Shown here in pieces: positions 1-10,181 of a stretch of DNA of 64,000 bases. Source of the DNA: Candidatus Eiseniibacteriota bacterium (GTDB lineage Bacteria; Eisenbacteria; RBG-16-71-46); contig JAXLXR010000001.1 of NCBI GenBank assembly GCA_046327815.1, forward strand, positions 260,185 through 324,184, read 5' to 3'. The notes under the pieces were generated by a model, which worked only from the letters and a program-made list of their open reading frames with translations, had not been told where the DNA came from and searched no databases. Position 1 is the first letter of the stretch. Each line of letters starts with the position of its first letter. The position numbers and the translations under genes were made by a program.

Positions 1-44
1 GGCTAGTGTGCCGCGTCCTTCGACTTGGTCCGGGAGGCCAAATC

Positions 45-1331
45 ATGTCGTGCACGATCGTGGTGGGCGCCCAGTGGGGCGACGAAGGCAAAGGCAAGAT
101 CGTCGATGCGCTGAGCGCCGGCGCGGACGTGGTCGCCCGCTGGCAGGGCGGCCCGAACGCGGGCCACAGCGTGGTGCACCGCGGTGAGACGCTCGTGCTG
201 CACCTGGTGCCCTCGGGCATCCTGCACCCGGGGCGGCGCTGCCTGATCGGCAACGGCGTCGTGGTGGACCTGGCCCGGCTCCGCGACGAAGTGGAGATGC
301 TCGAAGCGCACGGCATCGCCGCACGCGAGCAGCTCGGGGTGTCGGCGACCGCGCACCTGATCCTGCCGTACCACCGCGCCGTCGAGGCCTGCGTCGAAAG
401 CGGTGCCGGCGCCATCGGCACGACGGGCCGCGGCATCGGCTTCGCCTACCGCGACAAGATCGCCCGCGGCGGACTGCGCGTGGCCGACCTCTACGACCGC
501 GCCGAGTTCGTGGAGCGCGCCGCCCGCACGCTCGCGCGCCTGCGGCTCGAGTTTCCCGAGGCGGCCGAGGCGTTGGCCGCGCTCGATGCCGAGGGACTGT
601 TCGACTCGCTCGCGCCGTTCGCCGACTGGCTGCGCCCGCGCGTGACCGACGTGTCGGAGGAACTCGACGCGGCGCGCCGCGCCGGACGCCGGATCCTGCT
701 CGAGGGCGCGCAGGGCACGCTGCTCGACGTGGACCACGGCACCTACCCGTACGTCACGTCGTCGAACGCGAGCGCGGCCGGCGCGCCGGCCGGTGTCGGG
801 CTCGGGCCCGTGCACGTGGACGAGGTCGTCGGCATCACCAAGGCCTACACGACGCGAGTGGGGCACGGGCCGTTCCCGACCGAGATGCCGGCCGAGGAGG
901 CCGCACGGCTTCGCGAAGCGGGAGAGGAGTACGGCGCGACCACGGGCCGGCCGCGCCGCTGCGGTTGGCTCGACCTGCCCGCGCTGCGCTACGCCGTGCG
1001 CGTGAACGGCCTCACCCAGCTCGTGGTCACCAAGCTCGACGTGCTCGACGCGTTCGACGAGATCCTCGCATGCGAGGCGTACGCCACGGACGACGGTGCA
1101 CCGGCCCGGTTCCCGGTCACCGTGCGCGAGTTCGAGCGCGTGCGTCCCGTGTGGCGCCGCTTCGCCGGCTGGAAGTGCCCGACCACCGGCGCCCGCACGT
1201 GGGAGCAGCTGCCGCAGCGTGCCCGCGAGTACCTCGAGTGGGTCGAGCGGGAGGCCGGCGTGCCCATCGTGCGCGTGTCCGTGGGAGCGGCCCGCGAGGC
1301 CGAGCTCGGGCGCGGTCCCGCGACCGCCTGA
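45..1331 (+). CDS. purA: adenylosuccinate synthetase
   Basis: N-terminal MSCTIVVGAQWGDEGKGKIVD P-loop typical of PurA; full length ~428 aa; ATG at 45 inside track ORF 6..1331. Confidence 0.93.
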   Translation: MSCTIVVGAQWGDEGKGKIVDALSAGADVVARWQGGPNAGHSVVHRGETLVLHLVPSGILHPGRRCLIGNGVVVDLARLRDEVEMLEAHGIAAREQLGVSATAHLILPYHRAVEACVESGAGAIGTTGRGIGFAYRDKIARGGLRVADLYDRAEFVERAARTLARLRLEFPEAAEALAALDAEGLFDSLAPFADWLRPRVTDVSEELDAARRAGRRILLEGAQGTLLDVDHGTYPYVTSSNASAAGAPAGVGLGPVHVDEVVGITKAYTTRVGHGPFPTEMPAEEAARLREAGEEYGATTGRPRRCGWLDLPALRYAVRVNGLTQLVVTKLDVLDAFDEILACEAYATDDGAPARFPVTVREFERVRPVWRRFAGWKCPTTGARTWEQLPQRAREYLEWVEREAGVPIVRVSVGAAREAELGRGPATA

Positions 1332-1783
1332 GTGCGGTCCGCGCGCGCCGAAACCCTGCGCGGCGAGCCACTTGTGGGCTTGCCCCGGTCCCTCGTGAGA
1401 GCCCGACATCCCGTCACCCGCCTGACGGAGTGACAGGCCTTCGTCAGGAAATCGCTTGCGCCACCCGGCCGACGGCGCGACCCTGCGCGCAGCGACATCT
1501 CGTTGCGCGGCAACTCGCTGGCGTGGGCACCTCGCACCTCGCCTCAGCTCCCGATGCCACTGGCCCGGCAGTTGCCCTTGGAAATGCGGACGCTCGCAAG
1601 CTCTGCCGTCTTCGCATGCCTTGAAAACGTTGTCGGTCGCCCTCCGGCCAGGAAGCCGGGCGGTCGCCGACCTTCTGCATGCCGAGGGCGGCGGTGCGGT
1701 TCCCAGAGAGGACCCATGCGGGCGGATCGCACAGTTCACGCCCGCGGATCCACGGGCCAGTTGCCTCTCGATCGGGAGCCGTC

Positions 1784-3967
1784 ATGAACGCTCAACTCGA
1801 CTCCTTCAAGTACGACGACGCGATCGTCCGGAAGTTCCTGTTCGCGACCGTCCTCTGGGGAGTGGTCGGCATGCTGGTCGGCGTCATCATCGCCCTCCAG
1901 CTGGTGCTGCCCAATCTCAACGTCGCCCCCTGGCTGGCCTTCGGCCGCCTGCGTCCCCTGCACACCAACGCGGTGATCTTCGCGTTCGCCGGGAACGCCA
2001 TCTTCACGGGCGTCTACTACTCCACCCAGCGCCTGCTCAAGACGCGCATGTTCTCCGACGCGCTCAGCGCGGCCCACTTCTGGGGCTGGCAGCTGATCAT
2101 CGTGTGCGCCGCCCTGACGCTTCCGCTCGGACTCACGCAGTCGAAGGAGTACGCCGAACTCGAGTGGCCGATCGACATCATGATCGCCGTGGTCTGGGTG
2201 ATCTTCGCGGTCAACTTCTTCATGACGATCGCGCGCCGTCGTGAGCGTCACCTGTACGTCGCGATCTGGTTCTACATCGCCTCGATCGTCACCGTGGCGA
2301 TCCTGCACATCTTCAACAACCTGTCGCTGCCGGCCGGCCCGCTCAAGAGCTACTCGATCTACTCGGGCGTGCAGGACGCGTTCATGCAGTGGTGGTACGG
2401 CCACAACGCCGTCGCGTTCTTCCTCACGACGCCGTTCCTCGGCCTCATGTACTACTTCATGCCCAAGGCGGCGAATCGCCCCGTCTTCTCGTACCGGCTG
2501 TCCATCCTGCACTTCTGGACGCTGGTGTTCATGTACATCTGGGCCGGTCCGCACCACCTGCACTACACCGCGCTGCCCGAATGGGCGTCCACGCTCGGCA
2601 TGATCTTCTCGGTCATGCTGTGGATGCCGTCGTGGGGCGGCGGCGTCAACGGCCTGCTCACGCTGCGCGGCGCGTGGAACAAGGTCGCCGAGGACCCGAT
2701 CCTCAAGTTCTTCGTGGTCGCGGTCACCGCGTACATGATGAGCACGTTCGAAGGACCGATGCTCTCCGTGAAGTCGGTCAACGCGCTCGCGCACTACACC
2801 GACTGGGTCATCGCGCACGTGCACACGGGCGCGCTCGGCTGGAACGGCTTCCTGACGGCCGGCATGCTCTACTGGCTCGCGCCGCGCCTCTTCCAGACCA
2901 AGCTCCACAGCCAGAAGATGGCCGAAGTGCACTTCTGGATCGGTACGTTCGGCATGATCCTGTACGCAGTGGCGATCTACTCCGCCGGCGTGCAGCAGGG
3001 CCTCATGTGGCGTGCGTTCGACGAGACCGGCCGCCTCGCGTACCCCGACTTCATCGAGACCACGATGAAGCTCATGCCCATGTACTGGATGCGCGTGCTG
3101 GGCGGCACCATGTACCTGCTGGGCACCATCCTCATGGGCGTCAACCTGCTCATGACGTGGGCGAACCGCCCGAAGACGTACGAAGAGCCCGTGATCCAGG
3201 CGCCGGCGCTCGTGAAGCAGGCGGGCGAGTCGGGCCGCAACGTGTTCGCCGGCTTCACCGTCCCCGGTCACCGCAAGTGGGAGGCACTCCCGATCCTCTT
3301 CACGGTGTGGACCGCGGTCGCGGTGATCGTGGCGTCGCTCTTCGAGATCATCCCGACGTTCCTCATCCGCACGAACATCCCCACGATCGCGTCGGTCAAG
3401 CCGTACACGCCGCTCGAACTCGCGGGCCGCGACATCTACCAGCGCGAAGGCTGCTTCAACTGCCACTCGCAGATGGTGCGTCCGTTCCGTTACGAGACCG
3501 AGCGCTTCGGCGAATACAGCAAGCCGGGCGAGTTCGTCTACGACCACCCGTTCCTCTGGGGCTCGCGCCGTACCGGCCCGGATCTCGCGCGTGAGGGCGG
3601 CAAGTACAACAACCTGTGGCACGTGAACCACATGAAGGACCCGCGCGCGGTGACGCCGAAGTCCATCATGCCCGCGTACCCGAGCCTGCTGACGGCCACC
3701 CTCGACTTCGGCACGATCCAGAAGCACGTGGACGCGATGGCGATGCTCGGCGTGCCGTACGGCGAACTCGTGAACAACGGCGCCGCCGATGCCGCCAAGG
3801 CGCAGGCCGCCGAAATCGCCGCCGACATCGAGGCGACGGACCCGAACCTCACCGGGCTCCAGGACAAGGAGATCGTCGCACTGGTCGCCTACCTGCAGCG
3901 GCTGGGCGTGGACATCAAGAAGGCGAATGAAGTGGCGTCGGCGCCGGCGCCCACGGGAGGCCAGTAG
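1784..3967 (+). CDS. ccoNO: cbb3-type cytochrome c oxidase, fused subunits I+II (CcoN-CcoO fusion)
   Basis: N-terminal polytopic heme-copper oxidase region (HTNAVIFAF, WWYGHNAV, HHLHYT); C-terminal CcoO monoheme region CFNCHSQMVRPF...FLWGSRRTGPDL; ATG at 1784 within track ORF 1679..3967. Confidence 0.92.
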   Translation: MNAQLDSFKYDDAIVRKFLFATVLWGVVGMLVGVIIALQLVLPNLNVAPWLAFGRLRPLHTNAVIFAFAGNAIFTGVYYSTQRLLKTRMFSDALSAAHFWGWQLIIVCAALTLPLGLTQSKEYAELEWPIDIMIAVVWVIFAVNFFMTIARRRERHLYVAIWFYIASIVTVAILHIFNNLSLPAGPLKSYSIYSGVQDAFMQWWYGHNAVAFFLTTPFLGLMYYFMPKAANRPVFSYRLSILHFWTLVFMYIWAGPHHLHYTALPEWASTLGMIFSVMLWMPSWGGGVNGLLTLRGAWNKVAEDPILKFFVVAVTAYMMSTFEGPMLSVKSVNALAHYTDWVIAHVHTGALGWNGFLTAGMLYWLAPRLFQTKLHSQKMAEVHFWIGTFGMILYAVAIYSAGVQQGLMWRAFDETGRLAYPDFIETTMKLMPMYWMRVLGGTMYLLGTILMGVNLLMTWANRPKTYEEPVIQAPALVKQAGESGRNVFAGFTVPGHRKWEALPILFTVWTAVAVIVASLFEIIPTFLIRTNIPTIASVKPYTPLELAGRDIYQREGCFNCHSQMVRPFRYETERFGEYSKPGEFVYDHPFLWGSRRTGPDLAREGGKYNNLWHVNHMKDPRAVTPKSIMPAYPSLLTATLDFGTIQKHVDAMAMLGVPYGELVNNGAADAAKAQAAEIAADIEATDPNLTGLQDKEIVALVAYLQRLGVDIKKANEVASAPAPTGGQ

Positions 3968-3969
3968 TC

Positions 3970-4167
3970 ATGCGCCTCACCGACGTGATGAGCCATGCGG
4001 GCCTCGCGGGTTACGCGGAGTTCGCGCTCGTCCTGTTCATGCTCGCCTTTCTCGGCATCGTGTGGGCCGCCTTCCGTCCCGGCAACAAGCCGGCGATGGA
4101 CGCCGCGGCCCGCATGCCCATCGACGACGAATCCACCGGTACGCCGGAGGAGGAGACCCGGTCATGA
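3970..4167 (+). CDS. ccoQ: cbb3 oxidase small subunit CcoQ/FixQ-like
   Basis: 65-aa single-TM protein located between ccoNO and ccoP; hydrophobic core FALVLFMLAFLGIVWAAF. Confidence 0.7.
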   Translation: MRLTDVMSHAGLAGYAEFALVLFMLAFLGIVWAAFRPGNKPAMDAAARMPIDDESTGTPEEETRS

Positions 4168-4796
4168 GCGCACCGCGCGATGAAGATCGCCTGCTCGATC
4201 ACAAGTACGACGACATCCAGGAATACGACAACCCGCTTCCGACGTGGTGGACGGCCCTGTTCGTGGCCACGATCCTCTGGTCGGTCGCGTACTTCGCGAA
4301 CGTGATCCCGGGCGTCGGCAGCGGCAAGGGCAAGGAAGCGAACTACGACGCCGAGATGGCCGTCGCGGCCGAGAAGTTCGGGACCAAGGAGCAGCAGGCG
4401 GAGGCGGCGATCGATCCTGCCGCCGTGCAGGCCGCTCTCGCCGATCCGGCATTGCTCGCGAAGGGCAAGGAGACGTTCACCACCACCTGCGCCGCGTGCC
4501 ACAACGCGGACGGCGGCGGCAACATCGGCCCCAACCTGACCGACGACTACTGGATCCACGGCAACACGCCCGAGGCCATCCTGACCACGATCACAAAGGG
4601 CGTGCCCGACAAGGGCATGCCCACGTGGAGTGCGACGCTCAAGCCCGAGCAGATCAGCTCGGTCGCGGCGTACGTGATCACGCTGCACGGCACGAAGCCC
4701 GCCGTGGCGAAGGAACCGCAGGGCACGTTGATGACGGGGGAAGGGACTCCTGCGGCGGGTGACACCGCCGCGGCGAATCCTCCGGCGGCCAAGTAG
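4164..4796 (+). CDS. ccoP: cbb3 oxidase subunit III CcoP/FixP, short monoheme form
   Basis: FixP N-terminal signature HKYDDIQEYDNPLPTWW; single CAACH heme c motif; ATGA overlap with ccoQ stop. Confidence 0.85.
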   Translation: MSAPRDEDRLLDHKYDDIQEYDNPLPTWWTALFVATILWSVAYFANVIPGVGSGKGKEANYDAEMAVAAEKFGTKEQQAEAAIDPAAVQAALADPALLAKGKETFTTTCAACHNADGGGNIGPNLTDDYWIHGNTPEAILTTITKGVPDKGMPTWSATLKPEQISSVAAYVITLHGTKPAVAKEPQGTLMTGEGTPAAGDTAAANPPAAK

Positions 4797-4855
4797 CTCA
4801 CACGCCGTAGTCCTGTTGCATCGAAGTTTCCCGGGCCGCTCCCAAGGAGACTCAC

Positions 4856-6310
4856 GTGGCTGTCCATCCCCAGCCGGTGCAGGCGCCCGAGCGAGTCCTG
4901 TCGACGTTGAACGCGGACGGATCCAGAAGGTGGATCCGTCCGCGTCCGTCGCCCGGCTCGTGGTGGAATCGCCGCCGCGTACTGGCTTACGTCCTGATGT
5001 TCGTGTTCTTCGTGATCCCGTACCTGAAGATGGCGGGCAAGCCGCTCATCCTCCTGGATCTGCCGAGACGCGAGTTCACGCTGTTCGGGACGACGTTCCT
5101 GCCGACCGACACCCTTCTGTTCATGCTCCTCGGCATCAGCCTGGCCATCCTCATCTTCCTCGTGACGGCCATCTGGGGGCGCGTGTGGTGTGGTTGGGGT
5201 TGTCCGCAGACGGTGTACATGGAGTACCTGTTCCGGCCGATCGAGCAGGCGCTCGAAGGCGGCTTCCGCGGATCGCTTCGGCTCGACAAGGCCGGCGGGA
5301 TTCCCGCGGTGCGCATCCTGAAGCACGTGATCTACTTCGTGCTCGCCATGTTCCTGGCGCACACGTTCCTCGCGTACTTCGTCGGGATCGAGCAGCTCGT
5401 GAAGTGGGTGCAGTCGTCGCCGAAGGAGCACCCCGTCGCGTTCATGGTCATGGCCGGCACGACGATCGCGATCTTCCTCGACTTCTCGTGGTTCCGTGAG
5501 CAGACGTGCCTCGTCGCGTGCCCGTACGGCCGGTTGCAGACCGTGCTGTTCGACCGCGACTCGCTGATCGTGATCTACGATCCCGCGCGCGGTGAACCTC
5601 GCGCCAAGGGCACGGTGGACCGGCCCGAGGGACTGGGCGACTGCATCGACTGCGGCATGTGCTCGCGCACGTGCCCGACCGGCATCGACATCCGTGAAGG
5701 CCTGCAGATGGAGTGCGTGCACTGCACGCAGTGCATCGACGCGTGCGACGAGATCATGACGAACATCGGCAAGCCGACGGGACTCATCCGCTACGGCTCG
5801 AAGTCCGAGCTCGAGGGCCGCAAGCGCCGGTTCCTGCGCACGCGCGTGATGCTGTACCCGATCGCACTGCTGATCGCCGTCAGCCTGTTCGTCTGGAACG
5901 TCGAGAACCGCGCGACGACCGAAGTCACCCTGCTGCGCGGGCTCGGCACGCCGTACCAGCTGCGCGAGGACGGCACGGTGGTCAACCAGGTCCGGCTCAA
6001 ATTCTCGAACCGCAATCGTGACGAGCGTGGCTACACGCTCGCGCTCGCCGGCACCCCCGACGTCCAGCTCATCGCGCCGATCAACCCGTTCCCGGTGCCC
6101 GGTGGGCACACGCTCACCACGACGGTGTTCCTCGTCTCGCCGCGCGAGTCGTTCGAGCACGGCGAGCGTCGCGTGATCTTCCACGTCAGCGAAGGCCGCG
6201 GCTTCAACCGCACGTACCTCTACCGCCTGCCCGGGCCCGCCGACGGCTCGGGTGAGCACGCCCGCGCACGCGAGGGGGCGGTCAGGGGCGAGCACGAGGA
6301 GCACAAGTGA
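4856..6310 (+). CDS. ccoG: cbb3 oxidase accessory 4Fe-4S ferredoxin-type protein CcoG/FixG
   Basis: RVWCGWGCPQT motif plus two ferredoxin cysteine clusters CIDCGMCSRTCP and CVHCTQCIDAC. Confidence 0.9.
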   Translation: MAVHPQPVQAPERVLSTLNADGSRRWIRPRPSPGSWWNRRRVLAYVLMFVFFVIPYLKMAGKPLILLDLPRREFTLFGTTFLPTDTLLFMLLGISLAILIFLVTAIWGRVWCGWGCPQTVYMEYLFRPIEQALEGGFRGSLRLDKAGGIPAVRILKHVIYFVLAMFLAHTFLAYFVGIEQLVKWVQSSPKEHPVAFMVMAGTTIAIFLDFSWFREQTCLVACPYGRLQTVLFDRDSLIVIYDPARGEPRAKGTVDRPEGLGDCIDCGMCSRTCPTGIDIREGLQMECVHCTQCIDACDEIMTNIGKPTGLIRYGSKSELEGRKRRFLRTRVMLYPIALLIAVSLFVWNVENRATTEVTLLRGLGTPYQLREDGTVVNQVRLKFSNRNRDERGYTLALAGTPDVQLIAPINPFPVPGGHTLTTTVFLVSPRESFEHGERRVIFHVSEGRGFNRTYLYRLPGPADGSGEHARAREGAVRGEHEEHK

Positions 6311-6792
6311 AGCCGGGTGCGCTGTGGCCCGTCGCGATCATCGGCGTGCTCGCCGTGACCGTGGGCGCGAACATCTGGTTGTTCTACGAAGCGCGTGACC
6401 CGAACGTGGTGGCGATCGAGCCCGACTACTACCGCAAGGCGGTGGCGTGGGACTCGACCATGGCGCAGGCCGAGCGTGACGTGCAGCTCGGCTGGCGCGC
6501 CGAGGTGACGACCGGTGCGCTGAACGCGGGCGGTACGACCGTCGCGGTCACGCTCGCCGACTCGACGGGGGCGCCGCTCGAAGGGGCGGCGGTGCGCGTG
6601 GAGTGCATTCACAACGCCGACGCCCTGCATCACCGGAACGCCGACCTGCCGGCCGCGGGGGCCGGACGCTACGAGGGCCGGGTGCCGCTGCCGCGCGCGG
6701 GGCTGTGGGAGGTGCGGATCACCGCGCGGCGCGGCACGGACCTCTTCACCTCGTCCCTCCGCACCGACGTGCCGCGAGGCGCGAAGCCGTGA
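6307..6792 (+). CDS. ccoH: cbb3 oxidase assembly protein CcoH/FixH-like
   Basis: 161 aa with N-terminal TM segment; position directly after ccoG; GTGA start/stop overlap. Confidence 0.7.
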   Translation: MKPGALWPVAIIGVLAVTVGANIWLFYEARDPNVVAIEPDYYRKAVAWDSTMAQAERDVQLGWRAEVTTGALNAGGTTVAVTLADSTGAPLEGAAVRVECIHNADALHHRNADLPAAGAGRYEGRVPLPRAGLWEVRITARRGTDLFTSSLRTDVPRGAKP

Positions 6793-7505
6793 TCGCGGTC
6801 GCCGGCTCGGTCCTGCTGGCGAGCCTGCTGGGCAGCCCGCACTGTGCGGGCATGTGCGGCGGGTTCGTCTGCTTCTACGCGGGACAGGGCGGGCGCGGCC
6901 AGTTCTGGGCGCACGTCGCGTACAACCTGGGCCGGCTCGGCTCGTACCTGCTGCTCGGGCTGCTCGCCGGGCTGCTCGGCCGCACGCTCGACCAGGCCGG
7001 CGCCGGCGCGGGGCTGCATCGCACGGCCGCCGTGGCCGCCGGAGCGGTGATGATCGTGTGGGGAGTGACGTCGCTGCTTGCGGCGCTCGGCGTGAAGCTG
7101 CCGCACGGCGGGTCGTTCCCGCTGCTCGGTGGCCGTTTCGCCGCCGTGATGCGCGCCGTGCACGCGCAGCCGCCCGTCGTGCGTGCGCTGACCGTGGGCG
7201 CGGTCACGACGCTGCTGCCGTGCGGCTGGCTGTGGGTCTACGTGGCCACGGCGGCCGGCACGGGTTCGGTGGCCGGCGCGCTGCTGGTCATGGCCGCGTT
7301 CTGGGCCGGCACGGTCCCGATGATGGCGGGCATCGGGCTCGCCGCGCAGTCGGCGCTGGGGCCGTTGCGCCGGCACCTGCCGATCCTCACGGCCGCCACG
7401 CTGGTCGTGCTCGGACTGGCGACGATCGGCGGCCGCTTCCACCTGAGCCCCGTGGGCGCGCGCTGCGAGGAATGCGCGCGGACCGAAGCACATGTCGGTC
7501 ACTGA
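6790..7505 (+). CDS. DsbD_2/TauE-like polytopic membrane protein with HCAGMCGG motif (cbb3 maturation-associated)
   Basis: Multi-TM protein with SPHCAGMCGGF motif and paired Cys (LLPCGW); GTG start overlapping ccoH stop; sits between ccoH and ccoI. Confidence 0.6.
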
Positions 7506-9924
7506 GGCACCCGGGGCTGCGGCCGGCGAACAGGCGCTCTGCACGCACTGCGGCCTGCCCGTGCCTGCGGCGCTCGCCGACGAGACGCCCGCGTTCTGCT
7601 GTTCGGGCTGCCGCATGGCGTTCACCGTGCTGCACGACGCCGGGCTCGAACGCTACTACGACATGCCCGAGCGGCGCGGGCTCGCGGTCGCCGCCAGCGG
7701 CCGCGCATTCGAGGAGTTCGATCACGACGCGTTCCGCCAGCTGTGGGTCAAGCAGCGCGAGGACGGACTGCTCGAGACCGAGCTGTACCTCGAGGGCGTG
7801 CACTGCGCGTCGTGCGTCTGGCTCGTCGAGCGCACGCCGCTCGCCGTGCCGGGCGTGGTGGGCGCCGAGCTCGACCTCACGCGCGGCATCGTGCGCGTGA
7901 CGTGGAGCCCGGAGGCGACCACGCTGTCCGCGGCGGCGCGGTTCCTCGACACGCTCGGGTACCGGCCGCACCCGTTCCGCGGCGCCAAGGCCGACCAGCT
8001 TCGCCGCAAGGAGGACCGCGAGGCGCTCGTCATGATCGGCGTCGCCGGCGCGATCTCCATGAACGTCATGCTCGCGGCCGTGGCGATCTACAGCGGCTGG
8101 GGCCCGGGCGGCATGGACCCCGCGTACATGCGGTACTTCCGCTGGATCTCGATGGTGCTGTCGGTGCCGACCATGGTCTGGCCCGCGCGGCCGTTCTACC
8201 GCGGTGCGTTCTCGTCGTGGCGCGCGAAGGCGTTCCACATGGACGTGCCGATCGCGATCGCGATCACGGGGGCGTTCGTGCACGGCGTGGTGAACACGTT
8301 CCGCGACGCCGGCCCGATCTACTTCGACGGCGTCACGACGCTGGTGTTCCTGCTGCTGTGCGGCCGCTTCCTGCAGACGCGTGCCCAGCGCGCGGCGGTG
8401 GACTCGGCCGAACTCATGCACTCGCTGTCGCCCGCGATCGCCCGCGTCGTCGAGGCGAACGGGGCCGTGCGCGAGGTGCCGGCCGAGGCGCTCGTGCCCG
8501 GCGTGGTGGTCGAGGCCCGGCACGGAGACGCGCTGGCCGGCGACGGCGTGGTGGTCGAGGGCCGGTCGGAGATCGACAAGTCGCTGCTCACCGGCGAGTC
8601 GGTGCCGCAGCTGGTGGGGCCGGGCGACGAGGTGTTCGCGGGCACGATCAATCGCGGCCCCACGCTGCACGTGCGCATCGAGCGCGCCGGCGAGACGAGC
8701 CGGGTGGGGCAGATCCTGCGCGAGGTCGAGCGCAGTGCGTCGCGCCGCGCACCCGTGGTGCGCACCGCCGACGCGCTCGCGGGCCGCTTCGTCGCCGTCG
8801 TGCTCGGACTCGCGGCGCTCACGTTCTGGCGCTGGTTCGCGGTGAACCCGGCCGCCGCGGTGGACAACACCATCGCCCTCATGATCGCGACCTGCCCGTG
8901 CGCGCTCGCGCTCGCGACCCCGCTCGCGATCACGGTGGCGATCGGCCGTGCGGCGCGGCGCGGCATCCTCGTGAAGGGCGGGGACGCGCTCGAAGCGCTG
9001 GCCAAGCCCGGCGTCATGCTGCTCGACAAGACCGGCACGCTGACCGAAGGCCGCAGCTCGCTCGCGGAGTGGGAGGGCGCCGACGACGCGCGTGCCGCCG
9101 TGCTCGCGATCGAGCGCCACTCCTCGCACCCGATCGCGGCCGGGTTCCTCGCCGCATGGCCGGACGCCGCGACGCTCGAGGCGCGCGACGTGCGCAGCAC
9201 GATCGGCGGCGGGCTCGAGGGCACGGTCGACGGCCGTGCCTGGACCGTCGGCGCGCCGGCGTTCGTGCTCGCGCGCGCCGCCGACCCGCGCGGCATCGCC
9301 GCGCGTGCGGCGGGCGGCACGTGCACGCCCGTGCTCGTGGCGTGCGGCGGCGAAGTCGTGGCGCGTGCCGCGTTCGCGGACGCCGTGCGCGCCGACGCTC
9401 CCGAAGCGCTGCGGCGGCTGCGCGAGCAGGGCTGGACCCTGCGACTGCTGTCCGGCGACGACCCGGCCGTGGTCGCGAGCGTGGGGGAGCAGCTGGGATT
9501 CGCGCCCGGCGATTGCCGCGGCGGTGCCTCGCCCGAGGACAAGCTGGCCGAGGTCGAGGCGCTCGGCGGGCGCGGCACCGTGGTGATGGTGGGAGACGGC
9601 GTGAACGACGCCGCCGCGATCGCGCGTGCGACCGTGGGCGTGGGCGTGAAGGGTGGTGCGGAGGCCTGCCTCGCGGCGGCCGACGTGTTCCTCGCCACGC
9701 CGGGCCTGGAGCCGCTCGTGGCGCTCGTGAACGGCGCCACGCGCTCGCTGGGCATCATTCGGCTGGGCCTGGCGGTCTCGATCCTGTACAACGTGCTCGG
9801 TGTGGTGCTCGCGTTCCAGGGGCTCATCAACCCGCTCGTCGCCGCCGTCATGATGCCGACGAGTTCGATCACCGTGGTGTGGATCGCCTGGCGCGGCCGC
9901 ACGTTCGAGGAGAAGCGCACGTGA
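7492..9924 (+). CDS. ccoI: copper-translocating P1B-type ATPase CcoI/FixI
   Basis: N-terminal Cys-rich region and HMA-like GVHCASC motif; CPC transport motif; DKTGTLT phosphorylation motif; GDGVNDA hinge. Confidence 0.92.
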   Translation: MSVTEAPGAAAGEQALCTHCGLPVPAALADETPAFCCSGCRMAFTVLHDAGLERYYDMPERRGLAVAASGRAFEEFDHDAFRQLWVKQREDGLLETELYLEGVHCASCVWLVERTPLAVPGVVGAELDLTRGIVRVTWSPEATTLSAAARFLDTLGYRPHPFRGAKADQLRRKEDREALVMIGVAGAISMNVMLAAVAIYSGWGPGGMDPAYMRYFRWISMVLSVPTMVWPARPFYRGAFSSWRAKAFHMDVPIAIAITGAFVHGVVNTFRDAGPIYFDGVTTLVFLLLCGRFLQTRAQRAAVDSAELMHSLSPAIARVVEANGAVREVPAEALVPGVVVEARHGDALAGDGVVVEGRSEIDKSLLTGESVPQLVGPGDEVFAGTINRGPTLHVRIERAGETSRVGQILREVERSASRRAPVVRTADALAGRFVAVVLGLAALTFWRWFAVNPAAAVDNTIALMIATCPCALALATPLAITVAIGRAARRGILVKGGDALEALAKPGVMLLDKTGTLTEGRSSLAEWEGADDARAAVLAIERHSSHPIAAGFLAAWPDAATLEARDVRSTIGGGLEGTVDGRAWTVGAPAFVLARAADPRGIAARAAGGTCTPVLVACGGEVVARAAFADAVRADAPEALRRLREQGWTLRLLSGDDPAVVASVGEQLGFAPGDCRGGASPEDKLAEVEALGGRGTVVMVGDGVNDAAAIARATVGVGVKGGAEACLAAADVFLATPGLEPLVALVNGATRSLGIIRLGLAVSILYNVLGVVLAFQGLINPLVAAVMMPTSSITVVWIAWRGRTFEEKRT

Positions 9925-10079
9925 CCGTGATCTACATCGTGCTCCCGCTCGCGCTGATCGTGGTCGCCGCCGCGGTCATCGCGTACGTGTGGGCCGCGCG
10001 CAGCGGGCAGTTCGACGACACCACGACGCCCGCCATTCGCCCGCTCATCGACGACGACGAGACCCGGCGCGGCGCCTGA
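9921..10079 (+). CDS. ccoS: cbb3 oxidase maturation protein CcoS/FixS
   Basis: 52-aa protein VTVIYIVLPLALIVVAAAVIAYVWAARSGQFDD matching the CcoS family pattern; GTGA overlap with ccoI stop. Confidence 0.8.
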   Translation: MTVIYIVLPLALIVVAAAVIAYVWAARSGQFDDTTTPAIRPLIDDDETRRGA

Positions 10080-10181
10080 ACGCAGCGGTGCAGGTTGCAC
10101 GGTGAGTCCGCCGCGGGACCATCGGCGCACGGGAAATCGCTTGCCGCCGGCGGCCGTCGCTGGCCACAATCGTCGGCACTC

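Noticed and set aside
1600-1640. FNR/FixK box upstream of ccoNO (TTGAAAACGTTGTC)
   Set aside because: Right half-site does not match ATCAA; only a partial palindrome, so not called as a feature.
3-1739. 578-aa minus-strand ORF overlapping purA
   Set aside because: Arg/Ala/Gly-rich low-complexity translation antisense to a strongly supported purA; typical stop-codon-poor artefact of ~70% GC DNA.
1736-10169. Long minus-strand ORFs (1736..3727, 4547..6304, 7387..9129, 8319..10169) antisense to the cbb3 genes
   Set aside because: No recognisable domains; R/G/A/P-rich composition; fully nested in high-confidence + strand genes with conserved motifs.
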